Sequence record: NC_031934.1 | Source of the DNA: Escherichia phage MX01 | Direction: 5' to 3' (one strand) | Length of the DNA stretch: 64,000 bases | Part shown: one piece after another, positions 9,897 through 19,522 of the stretch | Numbering within the stretch: position 1 is the stretch's first letter | How the letters are laid out: every line of letters begins with the position of its first letter | Program-made: the position numbers and the translations under genes | The notes under the pieces: model-generated | Told to the model about the DNA's origin: nothing | The model's database searches: none | What the model saw: the letters and a program-made list of their open reading frames with translations, nothing else

Positions 9897-10192
9897 GCCA
9901 ATTTTACTCGTTTAACATATAAAGTGTCTAAAACTAATTTAAGTTCTCGAGCCCGTTCTTCAGTAGGATATACGGTTTTTGTTTCCCGCTTATCAAACCA
10001 CCATTTTCTAGGTGTGTACACCGTTTCAATGCGTCCAAGCCGAAGATATCTTTTTGTCGCCATTTCATAAACGGATAGAGCGGTATCGGCTCCAATCTTT
10101 GTCGAATACAAAGTCACTTCACCAGCCTCTTCTAATGGAATTTCGTACCCGTCTTTGTCCTTGTGAACTAATACGTATGCATAGTACATCAC
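9893..10192 (-). CDS. hypothetical protein, 99 aa
   Basis: ORF overlapping dda start by 4 bp (translational coupling). Confidence 0.5.
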   Translation of the reverse strand: MMYYAYVLVHKDKDGYEIPLEEAGEVTLYSTKIGADTALSVYEMATKRYLRLGRIETVYTPRKWWFDKRETKTVYPTEERARELKLVLDTLYVKRVKLA

Positions 10193-10193
10193 G

Positions 10194-10940
10194 TTAACCT
10201 CTAATCAGTGAAAAAATTGAAGCATTCAGCGGAAGACCTTTTTTCAACTTCATTTTGTCAATAAAAGAAAGGTGTTCTAAACGCTCCAGACCTTGAATAA
10301 TTTTATCATACATATCGTAACGCGTTTCTGCTTCAGACAATTTAAACTTGACACGCCAATCAGGCCCACCAATTAAAGATTTAAGACCCTTTTCCATAGT
10401 ACCTATTGAAGCGTTAGAACCATGGATACGGGCCTTAACTGCGATGACAGAAGGGGTCTTATCAGTAGCTCCTGATTTAATAAGGTCCTTAAGACGTTTT
10501 TCACGCTTTTTAAGACCTCTTTGGGTATCTTTAATATTTTTAACGATTTTACGAATTTTATAATAATTATCGGGAGTAACTTTAAAACTATTAGGCATTT
10601 TAGAACTACCTGAAATACGGACCGCTAAACGGGTCTGGGCGCGCTTCAATTCATCTAGAGACAAATCGGCACGTAAGCTGTTGTACTTAACTTTAACCGG
10701 GATTACATTACCCTCAATATAACCAATATCATTATTAAAACGTTCAAATGAAATCTTATCATTAACTGAATTCTCATCAAAGCGCTCGCCTGAATAAGCA
10801 CACACTTTTTGTTCAAGAAGTCTACGAACATAATTACTAGACAGATTGAAGTCCTTACCACGTTTATAAGCAGAAGCTTTGGTATGTTTGCGGCGGTTGT
10901 AAACCTTTAACTCAAATTCAGTAGTCATGATATTTCTCAT
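10194..10940 (-). CDS. hypothetical basic protein, 248 aa; positional equivalent of T4 srd
   Basis: Sits between dda and the ADP-ribosyltransferase pair as srd does in T4; size about 250 aa; sequence not verified. Confidence 0.55.
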   Translation of the reverse strand: MRNIMTTEFELKVYNRRKHTKASAYKRGKDFNLSSNYVRRLLEQKVCAYSGERFDENSVNDKISFERFNNDIGYIEGNVIPVKVKYNSLRADLSLDELKRAQTRLAVRISGSSKMPNSFKVTPDNYYKIRKIVKNIKDTQRGLKKREKRLKDLIKSGATDKTPSVIAVKARIHGSNASIGTMEKGLKSLIGGPDWRVKFKLSEAETRYDMYDKIIQGLERLEHLSFIDKMKLKKGLPLNASIFSLIRG

Positions 10941-10966
10941 CTTACGGACGATTGGTTGATAGGTCT

Positions 10967-10995
10967 ATAGTATCATGTTGCTTGGTAAAGTAAAC
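10967..10995 (-). promoter_or_regulatory. early promoter (GTTTAC-N17-TGATACTAT)
   Basis: Canonical cassette upstream of srd-like gene. Confidence 0.65.
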
Positions 10996-11065
10996 AACTT
11001 TTTTGCTTTAAATTTTCGACGGTATAATGAATCAAGGACTTTGCCTTTCAATTAAACCGGGTGGT

Positions 11066-11680
11066 TCAGTAAGAAAGAACGGAAAGATTCCATAATGTAT
11101 AATCTTGCCATCCATAAACCTTCTCAATAGAGTCTACGCGCAGCGTAGTTCCCGCAGGGAACATCATCTCATCCTCATCATTCACTAGTTGTAAGTTTGA
11201 AGTTCGAGTTATTTCAGGATACGGCCCGTTGAACTCTTCGGGAGGAGCGCCACAAATCATTTTAAAGATTGCTTCCTGATAATCAAATGCAAAGGGAGCA
11301 TCGTTAATACAGAAAATATTTTTAGTTCCGTAAAAATTATATGAAGCAAAATTACGGGCAATCTTAAAATCTTTAGAGAAGCTCATTACCCGGTCAAATT
11401 CAATAGTAGCACCGACACATCCTACCGATTCAAGGTATTTCAAAGTTTTCTTAGAAATCCCACGGTACAACTTGTCAGGCACTACAGAAGTCAGATTCTT
11501 ACGGATAATTTTATTCAGAGTTTCTTGGATGCAGTCCGGTTTATTTTCCATACACTGCCAGAGGGTACTCTGTTCTAAATCAGAATACTGCTGGTCGATT
11601 TCACACTGAATGTTTTCACGGAAATCATCGCACTTAACATTGTCATAGAACTCTGATAATCTATGGTTAGGGTATAACAT
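11066..11680 (-). CDS. modA: ADP-ribosyltransferase, ModA/ModB family
   Basis: R-S-E ART motifs: LYRG, SFS, EDEMMF; modA versus modB assigned by position only. Confidence 0.75.
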   Translation of the reverse strand: MLYPNHRLSEFYDNVKCDDFRENIQCEIDQQYSDLEQSTLWQCMENKPDCIQETLNKIIRKNLTSVVPDKLYRGISKKTLKYLESVGCVGATIEFDRVMSFSKDFKIARNFASYNFYGTKNIFCINDAPFAFDYQEAIFKMICGAPPEEFNGPYPEITRTSNLQLVNDEDEMMFPAGTTLRVDSIEKVYGWQDYTLWNLSVLSY

Positions 11681-11705
11681 ATTATTCTCCTCAGTTGATA
11701 GAAAG

Positions 11706-11735
11706 ATAGTACCACAAGCTTCCTTGCCTGTAAAC
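11706..11735 (-). promoter_or_regulatory. early promoter (GTTTAC-N18-TACTAT)
   Basis: Cassette upstream of modA-like gene. Confidence 0.6.
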
Positions 11736-12304
11736 TAAAAATCCAACATTTTTAAATGAATTGTTTTGTACTCGATTTCGTACGGGTCCCTTTTGACGGT
11801 TTCGATTTCAACAATCTCAAATCTTGATAGGCTGGAGACCATGAACTCACATTCAGTTTCAACCATATCATAGAGGTCAATACGGGTTTCATCTATTTCA
11901 AGCTCATCCACATTCCCTGCAAGAACAAGGTCGATAGCATGATTGTAGTAGTCGAAAATGAACGGTGCATTCCTGAGACTTAAAATGGTTTTGGTTCCGT
12001 ATTCCCATGCCCCTGCGAACTGACGAGCCTGAGAGTATTGTGTGCTAAAAGAAGTAACCCGGCCAGGAGACCATTGACATCCTACTGAAAGGAGCTCTAA
12101 TTGTTCAAGTTCTCTGGGGGTAATCCCACGATACAACTCCACTGGAACGGCTGAAGTAACATGCTTACGAACCAGTTTGTCGAGGTCGTAATGGAAGTTA
12201 GGGTCCTTTTTAGCATCTAGACATTTTTCTAAAAGATTCTGTTCGTGTTTTGAGAATTTGGAATTGATTCGGTCTTGATAAAGACATTTTTGTTCGATGT
12301 TCAT
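11735..12304 (-). CDS. modB: ADP-ribosyltransferase, ModA/ModB family
   Basis: R-S-E ART motifs: LYRG, SFS, ECEFMV; GGAGG SD. Confidence 0.75.
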   Translation of the reverse strand: MNIEQKCLYQDRINSKFSKHEQNLLEKCLDAKKDPNFHYDLDKLVRKHVTSAVPVELYRGITPRELEQLELLSVGCQWSPGRVTSFSTQYSQARQFAGAWEYGTKTILSLRNAPFIFDYYNHAIDLVLAGNVDELEIDETRIDLYDMVETECEFMVSSLSRFEIVEIETVKRDPYEIEYKTIHLKMLDF

Positions 12305-12328
12305 ATGACCTCCAGTGATTTAGAGGTC

Positions 12329-12358
12329 ATTATAACATGAAGGGAGGAGGTGTAAAAC
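12329..12358 (-). promoter_or_regulatory. early promoter (TTTACA-like -35, TATAAT -10)
   Basis: Upstream of modB-like gene with GGAGG SD. Confidence 0.5.
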
Positions 12359-12359
12359 T

Positions 12360-12548
12360 TTATTTTACCCAAGGAGCCCAAGGTGGAGGGTCTAAGTAAT
12401 AAGAAGCAAGGTCACTAAGGACCTCTTTAGGCAACTTAAAACCGTGCTTCTGTATAATCATATCAAGTTCGTTGACAAGGTCAACAGGCGGCTCCTGGGT
12501 TGTTTCAGGCTCAGGGTCCGGAATGACAAACATATCAAATAAGTCCAT
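12360..12548 (-). CDS. hypothetical acidic protein, 62 aa
   Basis: Small co-oriented ORF. Confidence 0.4.
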   Translation of the reverse strand: MDLFDMFVIPDPEPETTQEPPVDLVNELDMIIQKHGFKLPKEVLSDLASYYLDPPPWAPWVK

Positions 12549-13039
12549 TAGTAGCCACCTATAGGACCGTACTCGTACATACGAGCTCGCACCTTAGCAT
12601 CACGAATAGCGTCTTCAGTCATGGTAAAGCGCAATCCAATATCAAAGTGTTTCCAAATCTGACGTTCGACTTCAGTAAGGTCTTCGGTAGCGGAAATCAG
12701 ATAAGTACGACCTTTAAGACGTTCATTAGACATTCTATCGGTATCTTTATAGAAAATGTCCATTGTTCCTTCGGCATATGGGTCCGCCGGATAACGATAA
12801 CCCTTGATATGTAATGCTTCAGCCAGGCTAAAAGGACAACCCTCAGCAACATCAACATTTTTATTATGATATGCCTTCATTAGAATATTTTCTGGCAGCT
12901 TAATATCTTTTAATCGTGTTTCTAACTGGGTTATAGAATTCGTACCATTATCGACAAGGATAAGACACGCCGTAGCATCATAAGGACGCGTTTGCCCGGC
13001 AGAATCACGAACAAAGAATTCTAGTTCATAAACTTTCAT
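12548..13039 (-). CDS. hypothetical protein, 163 aa
   Basis: ORF in early operon; no motif recognised. Confidence 0.55.
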   Translation of the reverse strand: MKVYELEFFVRDSAGQTRPYDATACLILVDNGTNSITQLETRLKDIKLPENILMKAYHNKNVDVAEGCPFSLAEALHIKGYRYPADPYAEGTMDIFYKDTDRMSNERLKGRTYLISATEDLTEVERQIWKHFDIGLRFTMTEDAIRDAKVRARMYEYGPIGGY

Positions 13040-13189
13040 TATGTTTTCCTCTTTTTAGTTTACCTACTAAAGGACCATCCGGAATCTTATTTCCCTGGAT
13101 GTATTTCTCATTTTCTTCCATCATTTTACTACCAATTTTAAGAAGCAAATCCAGTGCCTCTTTAGCGTGTTTTTCAGCCTCTTCAGTAG

Positions 13190-13390
13190 TCATGATTTAT
13201 CCCCATAGATGTCACGCATAATTCTAAGAGCTTCGCGTTCTAATTTCTTTTCGCGTTCTTCACGGATACCTTTAAGAATCCATTCTTCGGAGTCACGTTT
13301 CATTTCTGCATTGGCTTGGTCTAACCACCCGTCATCAAGATAATCACCAGGACGGTCCAGCCAATCTTTAAGCCATGATAAAGGTTTCAT
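13190..13390 (-). CDS. hypothetical protein, 66 aa
   Basis: Small co-oriented ORF. Confidence 0.4.
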   Translation of the reverse strand: MKPLSWLKDWLDRPGDYLDDGWLDQANAEMKRDSEEWILKGIREEREKKLEREALRIMRDIYGDKS

Positions 13391-13713
13391 TAATCACACG
13401 AGCCGGACGATGAGTCACAGCTTCCTGAGTCATAAGACGAATAAGAAGAATCACCAGTCCAAGAACTGACAGCAGCCGCAACCATAATAGGAGTAGTATC
13501 AATATGGCTTGTGCGACGAGCTTCTAGATGCTCTTTAAACTTTTTAGAATTCAAAGGAAGGGCACCCGGGCCTACATTACCGGCTTTTTCAGGTTGACGG
13601 ATAACTTCTTCCATCATACCATCGCCCACATAAACATATTCCTTCGGGCCTGAGATAGGAACCGGTCCTTCGCCAGGGGTAATCTTGAAAAAATTCTTAA
13701 GCCAACGAATCAT
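13390..13713 (-). CDS. hypothetical protein, 107 aa
   Basis: ORF, start shares a base with stop of upstream gene. Confidence 0.45.
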   Translation of the reverse strand: MIRWLKNFFKITPGEGPVPISGPKEYVYVGDGMMEEVIRQPEKAGNVGPGALPLNSKKFKEHLEARRTSHIDTTPIMVAAAVSSWTGDSSYSSYDSGSCDSSSGSCD

Positions 13714-13919
13714 AGGAAACCTCGTTTAAATTCAACTTTATCGTTATCATCAGTCTCGTGACGGATTTCAGCATTAAATTCGATAGAACCGTCTTCATGC
13801 ATCATAAATGAATGGACAATAACTTCGGTATACCAAGGAGTATAAAAGTACTTTTTCAATACGTGGTTAGCGATAATTTCATCCAAAGTTTTATTAGGTT
13901 TAATCCAACGATTTAACAT
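13710..13919 (-). CDS. hypothetical protein, about 69 aa
   Basis: Start moved to ATG preceded by AGGAG; promoter 13946-13975 upstream. Confidence 0.5.
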   Translation of the reverse strand: MLNRWIKPNKTLDEIIANHVLKKYFYTPWYTEVIVHSFMMHEDGSIEFNAEIRHETDDNDKVEFKRGFL

Positions 13920-13945
13920 AGTGTTCTCCTCTATAAGGTAAGACC

Positions 13946-13975
13946 ATCTTAACACAACCTTCCTAGAAAGTAAAC
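13946..13975 (-). promoter_or_regulatory. early promoter (GTTTAC-N18-TAAGAT) fused to soc terminator
   Basis: -35 follows terminator T-run directly. Confidence 0.5.
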
Positions 13976-13983
13976 CCTTAAAA

Positions 13984-14008
13984 CGAAAAAAGGAACCCGA
14001 AGGTTCCT
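13984..14008 (-). terminator. rho-independent terminator after soc (GGAACC-TTCG-GGTTCC then TTTTTT)
   Basis: Perfect 6-bp stem, tetraloop, T6 run. Confidence 0.65.
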
Positions 14009-14013
14009 TATAA

Positions 14014-14247
14014 TTAAACTACTGGGGTCGGCGTGAACATTGCTGCGTTCTTAGTTCGCCAATCGGCTGCATCAGTCACTACGGTTGAGTAGGCCGCAAC
14101 GGCTGAAGGGAAAGTCTGATAATGAGAGTCTGCAATACGGTGCTCGTTTGAATAAATCTCAAACGGGACCGAAACCTCAGTACCTTTAACTTCTTTGCCT
14201 TCGCCAGCTGGATGCGTGAAGGTTTTAATATTAACGAAACCACCCAT
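14014..14247 (-). CDS. soc: small outer capsid protein Soc
   Basis: 77 aa; VNIKTF...HYQTFPS..AAYSTV matches recalled T4 Soc; own late promoter and downstream terminator. Confidence 0.82.
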   Translation of the reverse strand: MGGFVNIKTFTHPAGEGKEVKGTEVSVPFEIYSNEHRIADSHYQTFPSAVAAYSTVVTDAADWRTKNAAMFTPTPVV

Positions 14248-14278
14248 AATTAACTCCTTTGTTGTTTAATTACAGGTG

Positions 14279-14286
14279 TATTTATA
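14279..14286 (-). promoter_or_regulatory. late promoter TATAAATA for soc
   Basis: Exact TATAAATA about 30 nt upstream of soc ATG, then AGGAG SD. Confidence 0.7.
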
Positions 14287-14290
14287 CTGA

Positions 14291-14806
14291 TTAATAGCCA
14301 TTGTCCTGACGTTTGAAATTTTCAATATTCTTTAGATAGTAAAGTTTGAACAATTCTTCAGAAGTCATACCAAGACCTGTAACCATGTTTAATACGAAAT
14401 GAAATATGTCCACAAGTTCAAACTTAATTTCGAGTTGGTCTTCAGGAGACATTTCTGAAATTGGTTTAGCCTGTGCTTCAGGATAACGAGCTTTCCATTT
14501 TTTCCAGACTGCAGAAGCATCTTTCTCACCTTTAGACATTTCACCAAGTGAAGTCAGAAGTTCACGGAATTCATCGTCAATGCAATCTTTCTGTTCGCGC
14601 ATCCATCCAACAACATCACCTGCAGTAGCCAGTTTATCCGGATGGTAACAATAATCACGGTCATTAGCCAGACGAACCTGTAAAGATTTCTGCATATCAA
14701 GCATAACCTGCAGAGGGTCGATACCTTTGGTAATTGAACTAACATAAGCTTCCTGAGCTTTATCAACGCCAGCAATCAAACCACTGCATTCATTAAAATG
14801 AGCCAT
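14291..14806 (-). CDS. 56: dCTP pyrophosphatase (dCTPase/dUTPase, MazG-like)
   Basis: 171 aa, same length as T4 gp56; N-terminus MAHFNEC as recalled for T4. Confidence 0.8.
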   Translation of the reverse strand: MAHFNECSGLIAGVDKAQEAYVSSITKGIDPLQVMLDMQKSLQVRLANDRDYCYHPDKLATAGDVVGWMREQKDCIDDEFRELLTSLGEMSKGEKDASAVWKKWKARYPEAQAKPISEMSPEDQLEIKFELVDIFHFVLNMVTGLGMTSEELFKLYYLKNIENFKRQDNGY

Positions 14807-14869
14807 TATATTTTTCCTTTTTCAATTCATTAATAAGTTAGATAATTATAACATTAAAATTATAAGCAA

Positions 14870-16209
<1,340 letters not shown>

Positions 16210-16236
16210 TTTTAATCTCCAGTAGTTGATAGGTCT

Positions 16237-16265
16237 ATAGTATCATATCTACCTGGGATGTAAAC
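16237..16265 (-). promoter_or_regulatory. early promoter (GTTTAC-N17-TGATACTAT)
   Basis: Canonical cassette upstream of the PD-(D/E)xK-like gene/dam. Confidence 0.65.
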
Positions 16266-16271
16266 TGATTT

Positions 16272-16279
16272 TATAAATA
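16272..16279 (+). promoter_or_regulatory. late promoter TATAAATA, plus strand
   Basis: Exact TATAAATA 22 nt upstream of plus-strand ATG at 16301. Confidence 0.5.
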
Positions 16280-16300
16280 TTAATTTAACAGGAGGATAGC

Positions 16301-16501
16301 ATGGGCAGTATTTTTTACCAAATCTGGAAATTGGCCGAAAAGAAAGACAAGAAAATGATGTTAGGTTTTCTTGCGCTAGACGTATTCCTTTGGAATCTTC
16401 TAGTAGTCCCTGTAGCCGCTAGCCAAGGGATAATTTTACCAGCGGTTACAATGGAACACGTGTTAAGCATAATTGGATTCTTTAGCGGAATTCCTGCCTA
16501 A
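16301..16501 (+). CDS. small hydrophobic (membrane) protein, 66 aa, plus strand
   Basis: Strong AGGAGG SD 5 nt before ATG; TATAAATA late promoter upstream; convergent with gene 61. Confidence 0.5.
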   Translation: MGSIFYQIWKLAEKKDKKMMLGFLALDVFLWNLLVVPVAASQGIILPAVTMEHVLSIIGFFSGIPA

Positions 16502-17526
16502 ATTTTGGAATATTTTGAAAGTCTCATTTTAGCCATTAGACCTTGGGCTATATTAGCTTTCATATATGCCAATACATCATTTATATCAGCTTTATCTTTC
16601 ATAATCATATCATTTATATCTTTAGAAGGCCATGGAGCCTTGTCCCAGAATAGAACCCTTTCGCCAGCATCAACTAATCGTTGCATACGCTTAATTGTGT
16701 CAGGATGGCGGGGTTCATTGTCCATTACCCAGGCACGTGTTTCTTTACAAGGAACCATAGCCAAGTCCAATGACCCACCAGTAATTGCTATTGCATTCGG
16801 TACGAATAATGAATCGATAGGACCTTCCATTACCCACACCAACTGACGTTCGTCAACTGTATCCATTCCATATATTTTTGTAGCTTGGTCGTGAGCTTTT
16901 ATTGTAATATATTTTTGTGGAGCATCTTTACGTAAGGCTCGACCCTGAAAACTTTCAATTTGTTTATTCTTATTGAAAATTGGAATAACCAAACGAGGCT
17001 CAGGCATTTCTTTAGAATAGGTCCCTGGATTCACAGAGTTAACTAATGCAGGCCATTCTTTAGTAAACCACAGCCGATTCCATTTGTTTTCAGGAATGCA
17101 ACGCGACGTCACATATTTGATAATAGGATGGTCCTTTGGCATTCTATCCAGACGTTCACAGAAATTAAGTTTTTCGATGACAGGCATCTTGGCTTTAATC
17201 TTTTCTGATATCTCCACCTTAGGTGCAGCTTGTCTCCCGAACGATTGCTCTTTATGTTTCTCAAGAATATATTCACGATATAAATCAGGCTCATATTCGT
17301 ATAGATACTTCTTAATTCCTGCTGAATAGTCACAGTTAAAACAGTGTAGCATTACGGACCCGTCATTAGCCGGATAGGCCCAAAAACGAGCTTTGTTCTC
17401 ATCTTTTTGGGAGTCACCACATACACGACAGCGACAGTTTAATTTAAAATCACTACCAGTTACTTGTCTGAATTTAGGTTGGTAATTCAAGGCACGTACA
17501 GCAAATTCTTTATCGACATATGACAT
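16498..17526 (-). CDS. 61: DNA primase
   Basis: 342 aa, same length as T4 gp61; N-terminal zinc ribbon CRCRVCGD...CFNCD. Confidence 0.88.
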   Translation of the reverse strand: MSYVDKEFAVRALNYQPKFRQVTGSDFKLNCRCRVCGDSQKDENKARFWAYPANDGSVMLHCFNCDYSAGIKKYLYEYEPDLYREYILEKHKEQSFGRQAAPKVEISEKIKAKMPVIEKLNFCERLDRMPKDHPIIKYVTSRCIPENKWNRLWFTKEWPALVNSVNPGTYSKEMPEPRLVIPIFNKNKQIESFQGRALRKDAPQKYITIKAHDQATKIYGMDTVDERQLVWVMEGPIDSLFVPNAIAITGGSLDLAMVPCKETRAWVMDNEPRHPDTIKRMQRLVDAGERVLFWDKAPWPSKDINDMIMKDKADINDVLAYMKANIAQGLMAKMRLSKYSKI

Positions 17527-17564
17527 TATTTTTCCTTGGGCTCTAAATTAATAGAGCCATTATA

Positions 17565-17726
17565 TCATTCGTTTTCGGATTTTTCTTTACGCTTTTTAGA
17601 TGGGATTTGTTCAGGCCCTTTATTGACGACTGCGCCTGAGGTAGTTCCGGAGGCAATAGCAGTAGGATTACCACCTGCATCGCCTGCGACCATATCTTCG
17701 TTCATAACTTCTTTAAAAGATTTCAT
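17565..17726 (-). CDS. small protein, 53 aa (not in ORF track)
   Basis: ATG with AGGAG SD directly downstream of a TATAAATA late promoter. Confidence 0.45.
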   Translation of the reverse strand: MKSFKEVMNEDMVAGDAGGNPTAIASGTTSGAVVNKGPEQIPSKKRKEKSENE

Positions 17727-17739
17727 AGGCTCCTGGCCT

Positions 17740-17747
17740 TATTTATA
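17740..17747 (-). promoter_or_regulatory. late promoter TATAAATA
   Basis: Exact TATAAATA directly upstream of AGGAG-ATG of 53-aa ORF. Confidence 0.5.
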
Positions 17748-17934
17748 TTACGAAAATAGCTTTATCACCATTTGCATCAGTGACTTCATAGGTATCTTCG
17801 TGGTAAAGTGGAATAATCCAAGTCACACCATCATCAGCAATAATATGGATAGCTTCTTGGTCTTTTGATATGATTTCATATTCTTCGAATAACTCGAATA
17901 CAGAAATCTTAGAGCCCGTACACATTGCACTCAT
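17743..17934 (-). CDS. hypothetical protein, about 63 aa
   Basis: Start moved to ATG with GAAGGG SD. Confidence 0.4.
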   Translation of the reverse strand: MSAMCTGSKISVFELFEEYEIISKDQEAIHIIADDGVTWIIPLYHEDTYEVTDANGDKAIFVI

Positions 17935-18130
17935 ATTGTTCCCTTCTTTCAATCAGTTGGCGATGGGCCTTTTTAAGTTTACGAAGCTGGCGCTTAGTCG
18001 GCCGTGCAACATAAGCTTGAGTAGTTACTCGTCCAAAAACACCGTACTTAGGTGAAGGAGAATCGATAAAGACTTCCCACTGGCAGGAGTAACCATATAC
18101 CGCTTTAGAGAATTGAGTTAAAACAAACAT
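17909..18130 (-). CDS. hypothetical basic protein, 73 aa
   Basis: ATG 1 nt after stop of upstream gene. Confidence 0.45.
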   Translation of the reverse strand: MFVLTQFSKAVYGYSCQWEVFIDSPSPKYGVFGRVTTQAYVARPTKRQLRKLKKAHRQLIERREQYECNVYGL

Positions 18131-18131
18131 A

Positions 18132-18572
18132 TTAACCTCGATTCATAAAGGCATTAAAAATCTGGTCGTCAATTGAATAAACCGGAGCTTCCAGAATTTT
18201 CAACAGACTGTTTTTGATATACTTGCTAGGGATATCCATATTAACGCGGTCGTTCAATTCGTTGTCCGGGTGGATATCTTTAAATTCAAACCCATCAAAC
18301 TCAACCTTGTCAGGAATACCATCGGCGAAAAAATAAACCAATTGGTGCATTGTATTGCATGAAAATAATTTAGACCTCACCGCAATAAGTTCTTGCCAAT
18401 GGTTTAATTCTCTGTTAAGAAGTTTATGAGCCATTGTAATTCGATCATCGCTATCAACAAGAAAATAACCTAGGTATTGGTGGTCGTCGCTCCAAAACAT
18501 CCTGTATGCTTGTGCATTTGGATTTTTACAACGAAGTTTTTTGATAACCAAATTTCTGTTAATCTTATTCAC
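18132..18572 (-). CDS. hypothetical protein, 146 aa
   Basis: ORF in insertion between genes 61 and 41. Confidence 0.55.
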   Translation of the reverse strand: MNKINRNLVIKKLRCKNPNAQAYRMFWSDDHQYLGYFLVDSDDRITMAHKLLNRELNHWQELIAVRSKLFSCNTMHQLVYFFADGIPDKVEFDGFEFKDIHPDNELNDRVNMDIPSKYIKNSLLKILEAPVYSIDDQIFNAFMNRG

Positions 18573-18858
18573 CTGTCACCTCTTTAACGATGTTTTTGTT
18601 ATCGAAATTAGCGTCACAATACAGAACATAGTTATACTGCATAACGCCGCTTGAAGCCAATTGGTCTGACACTTCTTTAACCATATCAGGGCGGTCACGT
18701 TTAGTGATGTTCATGATATCAGCATAAATCTGATGTTCGACTGATTCTTGGTCTGCAGTCATAGACCATTCACAAAGGTCTTTATCAAGTCCAGCAGTAA
18801 CTGGAGCTGTACCACATGATGCTACGGCAAGAATTGCTGCGATTAATAACTTTTTCAT
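18565..18858 (-). CDS. predicted lipoprotein, 97 aa
   Basis: Signal peptide with lipobox VASC; AGGAG SD; own early promoter. Confidence 0.55.
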   Translation of the reverse strand: MKKLLIAAILAVASCGTAPVTAGLDKDLCEWSMTADQESVEHQIYADIMNITKRDRPDMVKEVSDQLASSGVMQYNYVLYCDANFDNKNIVKEVTGE

Positions 18859-18886
18859 AATGTTCTCCTCGGTAGTTGATAGGGAT

Positions 18887-18916
18887 AATATACTGCATTA
18901 TCCCTTTGATGTAAAC
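18887..18916 (-). promoter_or_regulatory. early promoter (GTTTAC-N18-TATATT)
   Basis: Cassette upstream of lipoprotein gene. Confidence 0.55.
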
Positions 18917-18918
18917 TG

Positions 18919-19122
18919 TTATTTTTCGTTAGAACGGTAATCACACTCAAAAACTTTATTGTCATCAACAAAGGCTTTCACCAGCGCATTATTCACTTCT
19001 GCATACTGCACTGTAACCCATTCAATCATATTTTGGTCACTAACATCCAGAACGGTTTCTTTGGTAAACATATTACCATTTTCAAACCAACCAATAAACA
19101 CTACTTTCTCTAATTTAGGCAT
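18919..19122 (-). CDS. hypothetical protein, 67 aa
   Basis: Small co-oriented ORF. Confidence 0.45.
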   Translation of the reverse strand: MPKLEKVVFIGWFENGNMFTKETVLDVSDQNMIEWVTVQYAEVNNALVKAFVDDNKVFECDYRSNEK

Positions 19123-19440
19123 TTAGATTTCCTCACAGAAGGCCCATTCTGCGTGAAACACAGTAGCGCCTTTAGTATCATTTAAACAAACCACATCTAC
19201 CGGAGCAATTACACGATAAAGACGAGGTTCTCCTCCCACTGAACGAGCTGCTCGTCCAGCATAAATCTTAGCCAAACCAATATCTTCAGTAAAGAACACA
19301 CGATTTAGGTTTTTCTTACGACCAGTTTCAGACAGAACTCCTGTCTCCTCAGGAGGACAAAGCATATTACCGATATTAGCAACACTACAACTTCCGTGAT
19401 AATACACTTTATATTCTGCTTTACAGTCGATGGTTTTCAT
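19123..19440 (-). CDS. hypothetical protein, about 105 aa, with YHGS motif
   Basis: Track start is TTG; moved to ATG preceded by GGAG; early promoter 19465-19493. Confidence 0.55.
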   Translation of the reverse strand: MKTIDCKAEYKVYYHGSCSVANIGNMLCPPEETGVLSETGRKKNLNRVFFTEDIGLAKIYAGRAARSVGGEPRLYRVIAPVDVVCLNDTKGATVFHAEWAFCEEI

Positions 19441-19464
19441 TTTGTTCTCCAAGTTGATAGGTCT

Positions 19465-19493
19465 ATAGTATCATGCCTATAGGAGATGTAAAC
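19465..19493 (-). promoter_or_regulatory. early promoter (GTTTAC-N17-TGATACTAT)
   Basis: Canonical cassette directly after gene 41 terminator. Confidence 0.65.
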
Positions 19494-19500
19494 CCTTAAA

Positions 19501-19522
19501 ACAAAAAAGGAGCCGAAGCTCC
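19501..19522 (-). terminator. rho-independent terminator after gene 41 (GGAGC-TTCG-GCTCC then TTTTTT)
   Basis: Hairpin abuts gene 41 stop; T6 run. Confidence 0.65.

Noticed and set aside
11002-11028. Plus-strand MotA-box-like TTTGCTTTA followed 12 nt later by TATAAT
   Set aside because: Geometry fits a middle promoter, but it would read antisense into the modA-like gene with only a 22-codon ORF downstream; possibly chance.
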